Of a stretch of DNA of 64,000 nucleotides, positions 1-7,126 are shown piece after piece; the stretch's first letter is position 1; each line of letters starts with the position of its first letter. The stretch covers positions 12,934 through 76,933 of the forward strand of contig CALXYJ010000004.1 of the NCBI GenBank assembly GCA_944392945.1. Direction: 5' to 3'. A program made the translations under genes and the position numbers. Source of the stretch: an uncultured Clostridia bacterium. Its GTDB lineage: Bacteria; Bacillota; Clostridia; TANB77; CAG-508. The notes beneath the pieces are model-generated. The model did not search any database and had not been told where the DNA came from. It saw only the letters and a program-made list of their open reading frames with translations.

Positions 1-1
1 A

Positions 2-472
2 CAAGATACTAAGATCTTTCAAGGTACAATAAAAGATAATATTGCATATGGAAGACCAAATGCCAGTATGGACGAAATTCTTAATGCTGCTAAGTTATCT
101 TTTGCTAATACTTTTATAGAAAAATTACCAGATGGATATAACACATATATTTCTAATCCTGATATGCTTTCTGAAGGTGAAGTTCAATTACTTAATATTG
201 CAAGAATCATGCTTGTACATCCTCCTATTTTAATTTTAGATGAAGCTACAAGTAATATAGATTTACTTACTGAAGATAAAATAAAAAAAGCCCTCTTAAA
301 ATTAACAGCAAGTTCTACATCAATAATTATTGCACATAGATTGTCTACAATTAAAAATTGTGATTTAATAGTTTTTATCGAAAATGGAAATATTGTAGAA
401 AAAGGTACTCATGAAGAATTAATTAATAAAAAAGGTGCTTATTATAATATGTACAAAAGTCAATTTATTTAA
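2..472 (+). CDS. ABC exporter, C-terminal ATP-binding domain (5' end outside the window)
   Basis: Frame open from base 2 (QDTKIFQGTIKDNIAYG...). ABC signature variant LSEGE, Walker B ILILDEATS, H-loop IIIAHRLST. TAA at 470-472. Confidence 0.85.
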   Translation, partial: QDTKIFQGTIKDNIAYGRPNASMDEILNAAKLSFANTFIEKLPDGYNTYISNPDMLSEGEVQLLNIARIMLVHPPILILDEATSNIDLLTEDKIKKALLKLTASSTSIIIAHRLSTIKNCDLIVFIENGNIVEKGTHEELINKKGAYYNMYKSQFI

Positions 473-482
473 TTTATATATT

Positions 483-509
483 AAAAAGAAGAGCCTAGCT
501 CTTCTTTTT
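483..509. terminator. Bidirectional rho-independent terminator between convergent genes
   Basis: Stem AAGAAGAGC / GCTCTTCTT with loop cta, A-run before and T-run after. The loop holds the stop codon of the minus-strand ORF. Confidence 0.6.
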
Positions 510-836
510 GAATATATTTTTTATTTTATCAAACGCTGTAGATTTTGGTCTTTCATTTTTCTTACCATTTGCTATTTTCTCCATTAATTCTTTTCTTTGT
601 TTTTCGTTTTCACACCAATAATTAAAATTTAATAAATTAATCATATCTACAGTTTCTTTTTTCATCTTTAACTTTTCTAAAGGAGCACCTTTTGGATATT
701 TTGGTGTATAGTTATCGTCTTTTTTGTTCTTTATTAGCTCTCTTAAATCTTCAGGAATTTTATTTTTTCTTTCTTCATCTATACTATCCAAAAAAGCATT
801 AAGTTCTGAATAGATTTCTTTACTTTTTCCATCCAT
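495..836 (-). CDS. Hypothetical Lys/Glu-rich protein (113 aa from the best-spaced ATG; ORF open to 893)
   Basis: ORF track 495..893. GGAGGG (843-848 on minus strand) lies 6 nt before the ATG at 836. No recognisable motif. Confidence 0.55.
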   Translation of the reverse strand: MDGKSKEIYSELNAFLDSIDEERKNKIPEDLRELIKNKKDDNYTPKYPKGAPLEKLKMKKETVDMINLLNFNYWCENEKQRKELMEKIANGKKNERPKSTAFDKIKNIFKKKS

Positions 837-895
837 ACTCATCCCTCCTTTTCTAACGTATTCTATTCTATCATTCTTTTTTGGCTCTTTCAAGT

Positions 896-947
896 AAAAA
901 ATGTGGATTTATAAAAAAATGTGGATTTATAAAAAAATTGGATTTTA
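896..947. repeat. Three tandem 17-18 nt direct repeats (AAAAAATGTGGATTTAT x2, then AAAAAAATTGGATTTTA)
   Basis: Read directly at 896-912, 913-930 and 931-947. Lies 60-110 nt upstream of the 495..836 gene. Confidence 0.8.
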
Positions 948-1039
948 CTATATACAGATTAGTTCACAATATTATAACTTAAACTAAATTTGAAATTTTT
1001 ATGATATTTATAAATATTCTCCAATTTCTTTTACACATA

Positions 1040-1083
1040 AAAAAACACTATAAATATTAGTTTTTTCTAAGTATTTTATAGTG
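1040..1083 (-). terminator. Rho-independent terminator after the lexA-small ORF unit
   Basis: Minus strand: CACTATAAAATA...TATTTATAGTG hairpin (one bulge) followed by a T-run. Confidence 0.5.
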
Positions 1084-1093
1084 CTTCCCATAA

Positions 1094-1249
1094 TTATTTT
1101 TTCTTTTTCTTCTTGTTAGTTATGTTTTGTAGTCTTTCTGCATTTTCTTTTTGATATGGTAAACTTATCCATGCAAATTTAGTTGGTATAAATTCTCCAT
1201 TCCTACTAACATCTTCACCAACTTCTACATTTTCTTTTTCTTTATTCAT
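1094..1249 (-). CDS. Small hypothetical protein (51 aa, poly-Lys tail) directly downstream of lexA
   Basis: ORF track 1094..1276. AGGTGA RBS 4 nt before the ATG at 1249. 44-nt gap to the lexA stop with no terminator. Confidence 0.45.
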   Translation of the reverse strand: MNKEKENVEVGEDVSRNGEFIPTKFAWISLPYQKENAERLQNITNKKKKKK

Positions 1250-1293
1250 AATATCACCTAAATTTATTATGAACAAATTAATTCCTGTTTATT

Positions 1294-1935
1294 CTATATT
1301 TTTCTAAATACTCCTGCAACTTTTCCTAATATAATACAATCTGGCACAATAATAGGATCCATAGTGCTATTTTCTGGCTGTAATCTTATATAATCTTTTT
1401 CTTTATAAAATGTTTTTACTGTTGCTTCATCTTCTATTAATGCAACAACTATATCTCCATTTTCTGCAGTACTTTGTTGCTTAACTAAAATATAGTCACC
1501 ATCCAAAATACCAGCTTCTATCATACTTTCTCCTTTTACAGTTAGCATAAAACTATCTGAATTTCCAACAAAATCCAAAGGAATTGGAAAAGTATCTGTT
1601 ATATTTTCTACAGCAAGTATTGGTGCACCTGCAGTTATTTTCCCTACAACAGGTACATCTACCATTTCTTTACCAGAATAAATATCTTTTGGCTTTCTTA
1701 CAACATCATCTTCTTTAACAACCCTTAATGCTCTTCCTTTTTGTGATTCTTTCCTAATATAACCCTTTTGTTCTAATTTTTCCAAATAACCATGAACTGT
1801 AGCTGTAGAATTTAAACCTACTGCTCTACATATTTCTCTTACTGATGGTGGATATTGATTTGCTTTTATTTGTTTTGTTATAAAATTCAAAATTGATATT
1901 TCTCTTTTATTTAGATCACTTTTATCTCTTTTCAC
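1294..1935 (-). CDS. lexA: LexA SOS repressor / S24 autopeptidase
   Basis: N-terminal wHTH ([32 protein letters not shown]), cleavage region VGKITAGAP, catalytic Ser in VKGESM and Lys in ATVKTF. GTG start with GGAGG 9 nt upstream. Confidence 0.93.
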   Translation of the reverse strand: MKRDKSDLNKREISILNFITKQIKANQYPPSVREICRAVGLNSTATVHGYLEKLEQKGYIRKESQKGRALRVVKEDDVVRKPKDIYSGKEMVDVPVVGKITAGAPILAVENITDTFPIPLDFVGNSDSFMLTVKGESMIEAGILDGDYILVKQQSTAENGDIVVALIEDEATVKTFYKEKDYIRLQPENSTMDPIIVPDCIILGKVAGVFRKI

Positions 1936-1990
1936 CTATTCACGCCTCCAAATTATTTTTATACATCCTATCATATGATTTTATGTTTGT

Positions 1991-2004
1991 CAAACAAAAT
2001 TTCG
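1991..2004 (-). promoter_or_regulatory. Candidate degenerate LexA (Cheo-type) box overlapping the lexA -35
   Basis: Minus strand CGAAATTTTGTTTG versus Firmicute consensus CGAAC-N4-GTTCG. Overlaps TTGACA-17-TAGGAT upstream of lexA. Confidence 0.4.
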
Positions 2005-2047
2005 TTTTTTGTTTATTTTTAAAATTGTTCTTATTTTATTAACTTTA

Positions 2048-2626
2048 TTATATTGATTTTAATGGGAAAGCCCCCTGGCTAAGCCAGGGGGTAGCAACAT
2101 ATTCGCTATTTGAATAATTATCGCTAAAAATGATATTAACAATTCTGTTAACGAGTTCTCCAATATCAGTGATAGTCGTATTTGCTTTGATATCATTTTT
2201 ATATAATTCTTCTATTCTTTCCTGTAAGAAATCTGTTCTTCTTTCTAACTCTCTTGTATACAGAGCAGAGCAGGTAAGGAAACCAATAATTAAACAGATT
2301 ATTGACCAAAGGGCTATAAGCTTCCAAAAGCCATGATAATCAGAATTATCTTCCTCGATCATCTCTTCGATTTCTGCCTCTAATTCTTCTCGAGACAATT
2401 CTGCATACCGTTTATGAAATTTTAAATATTTCTTTAATTCCTCAGTGGAATATTCAGAAAAATCAAAATTGGCTCTAAATTCGTTCTCAAGCTCTAAATC
2501 GGACATTTCCTTCAAGCTTTGATATGGAATGATGTCCTTTAACTCTTCTTCCATCTCTTCCCGGGTATATTTACTGCAATCCCAGAATTTCCGGATTCTT
2601 TGTTCTAGCTTTTTTCTATCTCCCAT
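2048..2626 (-). CDS. Hypothetical single-pass membrane protein with acidic helical N-terminal half (192 aa), on a compositionally atypical cassette
   Basis: ORF track. GGAGGA RBS 6 nt before the ATG. One TM segment (FWKLIALWSIICLIIGFLTCSALY). Codons such as CCG, CGG, TCG and CTC are unlike the neighbours. Confidence 0.6.
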   Translation of the reverse strand: MGDRKKLEQRIRKFWDCSKYTREEMEEELKDIIPYQSLKEMSDLELENEFRANFDFSEYSTEELKKYLKFHKRYAELSREELEAEIEEMIEEDNSDYHGFWKLIALWSIICLIIGFLTCSALYTRELERRTDFLQERIEELYKNDIKANTTITDIGELVNRIVNIIFSDNYSNSEYVATPWLSQGAFPLKSI

Positions 2627-2779
2627 TTTTTGTCCTCCAGTACTATGCTTATATGTTACTTCTTTTTAATCTTCTTTTTTCTATATCTCTCCCTTCTTTA
2701 ATTTAATCCGAATGCGATTTAAATTACGTTTTTGACTCTCCTACTTTTTCAAGTCTCCTTTCTATTTTTTTAGATTTCT

Positions 2780-2788
2780 ATTATACCA
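2780..2788 (-). promoter_or_regulatory. Extended -10 (TGGTATAAT) for the 192-aa gene
   Basis: Minus strand reads ATATGGTATAATAG about 150 nt upstream of the ATG. The -35 is weak (TTTAAA). Confidence 0.35.
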
Positions 2789-2835
2789 TATTTTATCTGT
2801 ATTTAAAAGATTTATATAATATTTTCCTATTTTTA

Positions 2836-2864
2836 TTGAATATTTATGCATATTATGTTAAAAT
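2836..2864 (+). promoter_or_regulatory. Sigma-A type promoter of the T-box leader
   Basis: TTGAAT, 17 nt, then TAAAAT with an upstream TG (TGTTAAAAT). Confidence 0.5.
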
Positions 2865-2870
2865 GTGTTA

Positions 2871-3108
2871 CATATTAATATAAACGTTAAATAAGAGACT
2901 AGTAACATACCTAATTTTTTTTAGAGAGTTTACGGTTGGTGTAAGTAAATAAAAATTATATGCGAATCTACTCTTAGATGTTTTTAGTGAAAGCTAAACC
3001 GTAAGTTAGGCGGTTATCCTACTAATTGAGTGTATTATTTTTATAATAACTTAAGGTGGCACCGCGGATTATATTTCGTCCTTATATTTTTATATAAGGA
3101 CGATTTTT
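2871..3108 (+). promoter_or_regulatory. T-box riboswitch leader, serine specifier (UCU)
   Basis: AGAGAG box (2923-2928); specifier context GAA-UCU-A (UCU at 2967-2969); F-box-like CCGTAA; T-box motif GGTGGCACCGCG (3055-3066); terminator TCGTCCTTATA/TATAAGGACGA plus T-run (3076-3108). Confidence 0.85.
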
Positions 3109-3174
3109 GTTTGTCTAAATAAAATTGTAATTGATGCAATTTATTAGAATATATTTTTATATGGAGGTAGGTTT

Positions 3175-3399
3175 ATGGATCATGTCGAAGTTGGAAAAGT
3201 TTATCGTCATTTTAAAGGAACATATCATCAAGTATTAAATATAGCATTAAATTCGGAAACTCAAGAAAGAATGGTTGTATATAACCATAAAGATAATGGA
3301 CAAATTTGGGTAAGACCTGAAAAAGAATTTTTAGAAAAAATTCCAAAAAGGTCGGATAATATTACAGGTCAAAAACATAGATTTGAAAAAATAGATTAA
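3175..3399 (+). CDS. DUF1653-family small protein
   Basis: VGKVYRHFKGTYHQVLNIALNSETQERMVVY...WVRP pattern typical of DUF1653. GGAGG 7 nt before the ATG. Confidence 0.65.
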   Translation: MDHVEVGKVYRHFKGTYHQVLNIALNSETQERMVVYNHKDNGQIWVRPEKEFLEKIPKRSDNITGQKHRFEKID

Positions 3400-3459
3400 A
3401 TTCATCAAACTCATTGTTTTTTAAATAACGCAAAAATTAAATAATTAGGAGGAATTATT

Positions 3460-4746
3460 ATGATAGATATTAAATTTTTAAGAGAAAATCCTGACATTGT
3501 TAAGGAAAATATTAAGAAAAAATTTCAAGATGAAAAACTAGTATTAGTTGATGAAGTTATAGATTTAGATAAAAAGTCTAGATCTGCTCAGCTTGCGGGC
3601 GATGAATTAAGAAATAAAAGAAAAACATTAAGTGCAGAAATTGGTAATTTAATGAAAAATGGTCAAAAAGATGAAGCAGAAAAGATAAAAGCTGAAGTTC
3701 AAGAGATTAACAATAAATTAGAGGAAAATGAAGCTTTAGAAAATAAATATGCTGAAGAAATTAAAACAAGAATGATGAAAATTCCAAATATTATGCATGA
3801 CTCAGTTCCTATAGGAAAAGATGATAGTGAAAATGTAGAAATCGAAAGATTTGGAGAACCTATAGTTCCAGACTATGAAATTCCATTTCATGGAGAAATA
3901 TTAGAAGCATTAGGTGGATTAGATTTAGATAGTGCAAGACGTGTTGCAGGACAAGGTTTCTATTATCTTATGGGAGATGTTGCAAGACTTCATTCTGCAG
4001 TCTTAACTTATGCCAGAGATTTTATGATAAATAAAGGATTTACCTATTGTATCCCACCTTACATGATTAGAAGTGACGTTGTAACAGGTGTTATGAGCTT
4101 TGAAGAAATGGATGCTATGATGTATAAAATAGAAGGAGAAGATTTATACTTAATAGGTACAAGTGAACATTCTATGATTGGAAAATTTAAGGGTCAAATT
4201 TTAAGAAAAGAAGATATGCCTTATACAATGACATCGTATTCTCCTTGCTTTAGAAAAGAAAAAGGTTCTCATGGTTTAGAAGAACGTGGCGTATATAGAA
4301 TTCACCAATTTGAAAAACAAGAGATGATAGTTGTTTGCGAACCAGAAGATTCTTGGGATTGGTATAATAAAATGTGGTCTTATACAGTTGAATTTTTTAG
4401 AAGTATGAATATTCCTGTAAGAACTTTAGAATGTTGTAGTGGTGATTTGGCAGACTTAAAAGCAAAATCTTGTGATGTAGAAGCTTGGAGTCCAAGACAA
4501 AAGAAATATTTTGAAGTTGGAAGTTGTTCTAACTTAACAGATGCACAAGCTCGTAGATTAGGTATTAGAATAAAAGGTGAAAAAGGAAACTATTTTGCAC
4601 ATACTTTAAATAATACTGTAGTTGCTCCACCACGTATGTTAATTGCAATTATGGAAAATAATTACCAACCAGATGGAAGTGTAATTGTGCCAGAAGTTTT
4701 AAGACCATATATGGGCGGATTAGAAAAAATTGAAGTAAAAAAATAA
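3460..4746 (+). CDS. serS: Seryl-tRNA synthetase
   Basis: N-terminal coiled-coil arm. Class II motifs (FRKEKGSHG, GVYRIHQFEKQE, SCSNLTDAQARRL...NNT). Confidence 0.95.
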   Translation: MIDIKFLRENPDIVKENIKKKFQDEKLVLVDEVIDLDKKSRSAQLAGDELRNKRKTLSAEIGNLMKNGQKDEAEKIKAEVQEINNKLEENEALENKYAEEIKTRMMKIPNIMHDSVPIGKDDSENVEIERFGEPIVPDYEIPFHGEILEALGGLDLDSARRVAGQGFYYLMGDVARLHSAVLTYARDFMINKGFTYCIPPYMIRSDVVTGVMSFEEMDAMMYKIEGEDLYLIGTSEHSMIGKFKGQILRKEDMPYTMTSYSPCFRKEKGSHGLEERGVYRIHQFEKQEMIVVCEPEDSWDWYNKMWSYTVEFFRSMNIPVRTLECCSGDLADLKAKSCDVEAWSPRQKKYFEVGSCSNLTDAQARRLGIRIKGEKGNYFAHTLNNTVVAPPRMLIAIMENNYQPDGSVIVPEVLRPYMGGLEKIEVKK

Positions 4747-4832
4747 AGTAATTGTAAGAACAGTTATATTATTAAAATAAAAATTTTAGTGCATATTTTA
4801 TAAATATCCTTAATATATTTTTATATTGCAAA

Positions 4833-4860
4833 AAGAAGTTCATTTGAACTTCTTTTTTTA
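4833..4860 (+). terminator. serS terminator
   Basis: AAGAAGTTC-attt-GAACTTCTT followed by a T-run. Confidence 0.7.
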
Positions 4861-4878
4861 CAAATTTCTGCTATTTTA

Positions 4879-4907
4879 TTGCCTTTAATTATATAGAGTG
4901 ATATAAT
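4879..4907 (+). promoter_or_regulatory. Promoter of the PurA-family cassette
   Basis: TTGCCT, 17 nt, then TATAAT with extended TG (TGATATAAT). Confidence 0.5.
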
Positions 4908-4970
4908 TTCTTCGTAAGTTTTTATGGTAACTTTTGTTCCTATTGAAATGTCATATAAGGAGGTAAATAA

Positions 4971-6314
4971 GTGAATAAAAATGTAACAGTAGTTGTTGGC
5001 TCTAAGTGGGGCGATGAAGGTAAAGGTAAAATTGCCTCTCGGGAAGCCAAAAATGCAAAACTTGTAATTCGGGCAACCGGCGGGAGCAATGCTGGACACA
5101 CTATTGTATATAATGGTGTAACATTAGCTCTTCACCTTATACCAAGCGGAATTGTGTATCCACAATCCACGGCTATCATCGGTCCTGGTACTGTAGTGGA
5201 TCCGCAGATTTTGCTTATTGAAATCAAGATGCTTGAACAAATGGAAATTCCAAATATCCATGAACGTCTTAAGATCAGTGGCAAAGCACATGTAGTATTT
5301 CCATGGCATAAATATTTGGATGAACTGCATGAAACAGTTAAAAAGCATCCAATCGGAACTACCAAACGTGGAATTGGTCCGGCCTATGCTGATAAAGCTT
5401 CTCGAAAAGGACTCCGGATTTATGATCTTCTTCTTCCTGTTGATGAAATTGAAAAAAAGATTTATGAAAATGTTTATCTTCATAATCAGCTTTTTATTGC
5501 AAACGGGATGGATGAATGTGTAGTGAATCCACATGAAGCAGCTGTTCAATTTTCCATTTATGGCAATCAGCTTCGCCACTATGTTACAGATATAACTCCA
5601 CTTTGCACTGAGGCTATATCAAATAACGAAAAAATCGTTATTGAAGGTGCCCAAGCATACAGATTGGATAATGATGATCCAGAATATCCAAATGTAACAT
5701 CATCACATCCTGTAACATGTGGAGCCATATTAGGAGCTGGACTTCCACCTCAGGCTTTAAAAATTTCTATCGGAGTGGATAAAGCCTATAATACCCGCGT
5801 AGGTAATGGTCCTTTTCCAACAGAGCTTCCTTCATCTATCGGAGAAGATGGAAATATTATTGAAAACCATCCTGTTATGGAAGGAGATATTATCCGAGAA
5901 CTTGGATACGAATATGGAGCCACCACTGGAAGACCACGCCGTTGCGGTTGGATGGATGCAGTAATGCTTCGCTCTGCTAAATATGGATGTGGAATTGATG
6001 TTTTGTGTATCAATCACCTGGATACATTGGGAAAAATCGGAAATAAGATCGGTTATGTTAAGGTTTGTGTTGCATACACGTACATGGGTAAAACTATCAG
6101 CTTTTATCCTGATGACACAAGTCTTACACATGAGATTCCCTCCCCCATTTATGAAACAATTGAAGGTGGATGGGAAATCACATCAGATATGAAATCATTT
6201 ACCGACCTTCCTGAAAAGGCTCAGCAGTTCGTAAAAATTGTTGAACGCGTTTCCGAGATTCCTGTGAAATTTGTTGGCATTGGACCAGCAAATGACGATA
6301 TTATTGAAGTATAA
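4971..6314 (+). CDS. purA: Adenylosuccinate synthetase family protein (divergent, compositionally foreign)
   Basis: GSKWGDEGKGK, GGSNAGH, IGTTKRGIGPAY, EGAQ, NVTSS, GATTGRPRR, GIGP. GTG start 7 nt after AAGGAGG. About 47 G+C per 100 nt in a hand-counted sample. Confidence 0.85.
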   Translation: MNKNVTVVVGSKWGDEGKGKIASREAKNAKLVIRATGGSNAGHTIVYNGVTLALHLIPSGIVYPQSTAIIGPGTVVDPQILLIEIKMLEQMEIPNIHERLKISGKAHVVFPWHKYLDELHETVKKHPIGTTKRGIGPAYADKASRKGLRIYDLLLPVDEIEKKIYENVYLHNQLFIANGMDECVVNPHEAAVQFSIYGNQLRHYVTDITPLCTEAISNNEKIVIEGAQAYRLDNDDPEYPNVTSSHPVTCGAILGAGLPPQALKISIGVDKAYNTRVGNGPFPTELPSSIGEDGNIIENHPVMEGDIIRELGYEYGATTGRPRRCGWMDAVMLRSAKYGCGIDVLCINHLDTLGKIGNKIGYVKVCVAYTYMGKTISFYPDDTSLTHEIPSPIYETIEGGWEITSDMKSFTDLPEKAQQFVKIVERVSEIPVKFVGIGPANDDIIEV

Positions 6315-6351
6315 ATCTACTGTTACCAAAAAGCTTACAAAGTTACAAAAA

Positions 6352-6387
6352 AGAGAGCATTACCTGTGGGTGATTGCTCTCTTTTAT
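6352..6387 (+). terminator. Terminator of the PurA-family cassette
   Basis: AGAGAGCA...TGCTCTCT stem followed by TTTTAT. Confidence 0.55.
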
Positions 6388-6471
6388 AAAATAATCAGTT
6401 TATTTTTTTATTTGCCAAATTAGTTTATTTTATGGTAAAATATATAAACATTAAATGTGAGGAGAATTAAT

Positions 6472-7053
6472 ATGATAGTAAAAGAACCTAAATTTGAAAT
6501 TTCTGCTGTTGGTCCAAAACAATATCCAACAAATAATTTACCAGAAATTGTATTAGTTGGAAAATCCAATGTTGGTAAATCTTCTTTTATAAATACCTTA
6601 ATTAATAGAAAAAAATTAGCCAAAACTAGTAGTGAACCTGGTAAAACAAGACAAATTAATTTTTATAATATAGATTCTAAATTTTACTTTGTAGATTTAC
6701 CTGGATATGGATATAGTAAAATGTCTAAAAAAGAACAAATAATTGTTGGTAATTTTATAGAAGAATATCTACATAAAAGGAAACAAATAGCATTAATCAT
6801 TTTTCTTGTTGATATTAGGCATAGACCAACTGAAAATGATAAATTAATGTACAATTATATAATTAGTAGTAAAATACCTTTTATAATTATTGCAAATAAA
6901 GCTGATAAAATAGCAATTACTAAAGTCGAAAACTCTGTTTTGGAAATCCAAAAAGCTCTAAATCCAATTGGTGACATAACTACCTTACCTTTTTCTTCAG
7001 AAAGAAAAATTTATACAGAATCTGTATGGAATGAAATTGAAAAATATATTTAA
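6472..7053 (+). CDS. engB: Ribosome-biogenesis GTPase EngB/YsxC
   Basis: G1 GKSNVGKSS, G3 DLPGYG, G4 NKADK. GAGGAG 7 nt before the ATG at 6472 (ORF open from GTG 6457). Confidence 0.9.
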   Translation: MIVKEPKFEISAVGPKQYPTNNLPEIVLVGKSNVGKSSFINTLINRKKLAKTSSEPGKTRQINFYNIDSKFYFVDLPGYGYSKMSKKEQIIVGNFIEEYLHKRKQIALIIFLVDIRHRPTENDKLMYNYIISSKIPFIIIANKADKIAITKVENSVLEIQKALNPIGDITTLPFSSERKIYTESVWNEIEKYI

Positions 7054-7066
7054 ATTTAGTATCATC

Positions 7067-7111
7067 GAGAAAGGCGATATTCATTACTAATAAATATCGC
7101 CTTTCTCTTTT
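7067..7111 (+). terminator. engB terminator
   Basis: 14-bp stem GAGAAAGGCGATAT/ATATCGCCTTTCTC followed by TTTT. Confidence 0.7.
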
Positions 7112-7126
7112 AATTCTAATGTTGGT

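Noticed and set aside
5124-6192. Six ORFs of 60 aa or more, overlapping or antisense, inside the PurA-family gene (5124..5579, 5132..5365, 5320..5523, 5786..6013, 5832..6131, 5983..6192)
   Set aside because: They have no RBS and give low-complexity or odd translations. They lie fully inside a gene with strong family motifs. They are shadow ORFs expected from the locally higher G+C.
4971-6314. PurZ (2-aminoadenine / Z-genome pathway) identity for the PurA-family gene
   Set aside because: The P-loop reads GDEGKGK with the catalytic Asp retained. As I recall, PurZ replaces that Asp, and no datZ/mazZ-like or other phage genes are adjacent. I kept it only as an analogy for fold repurposing.
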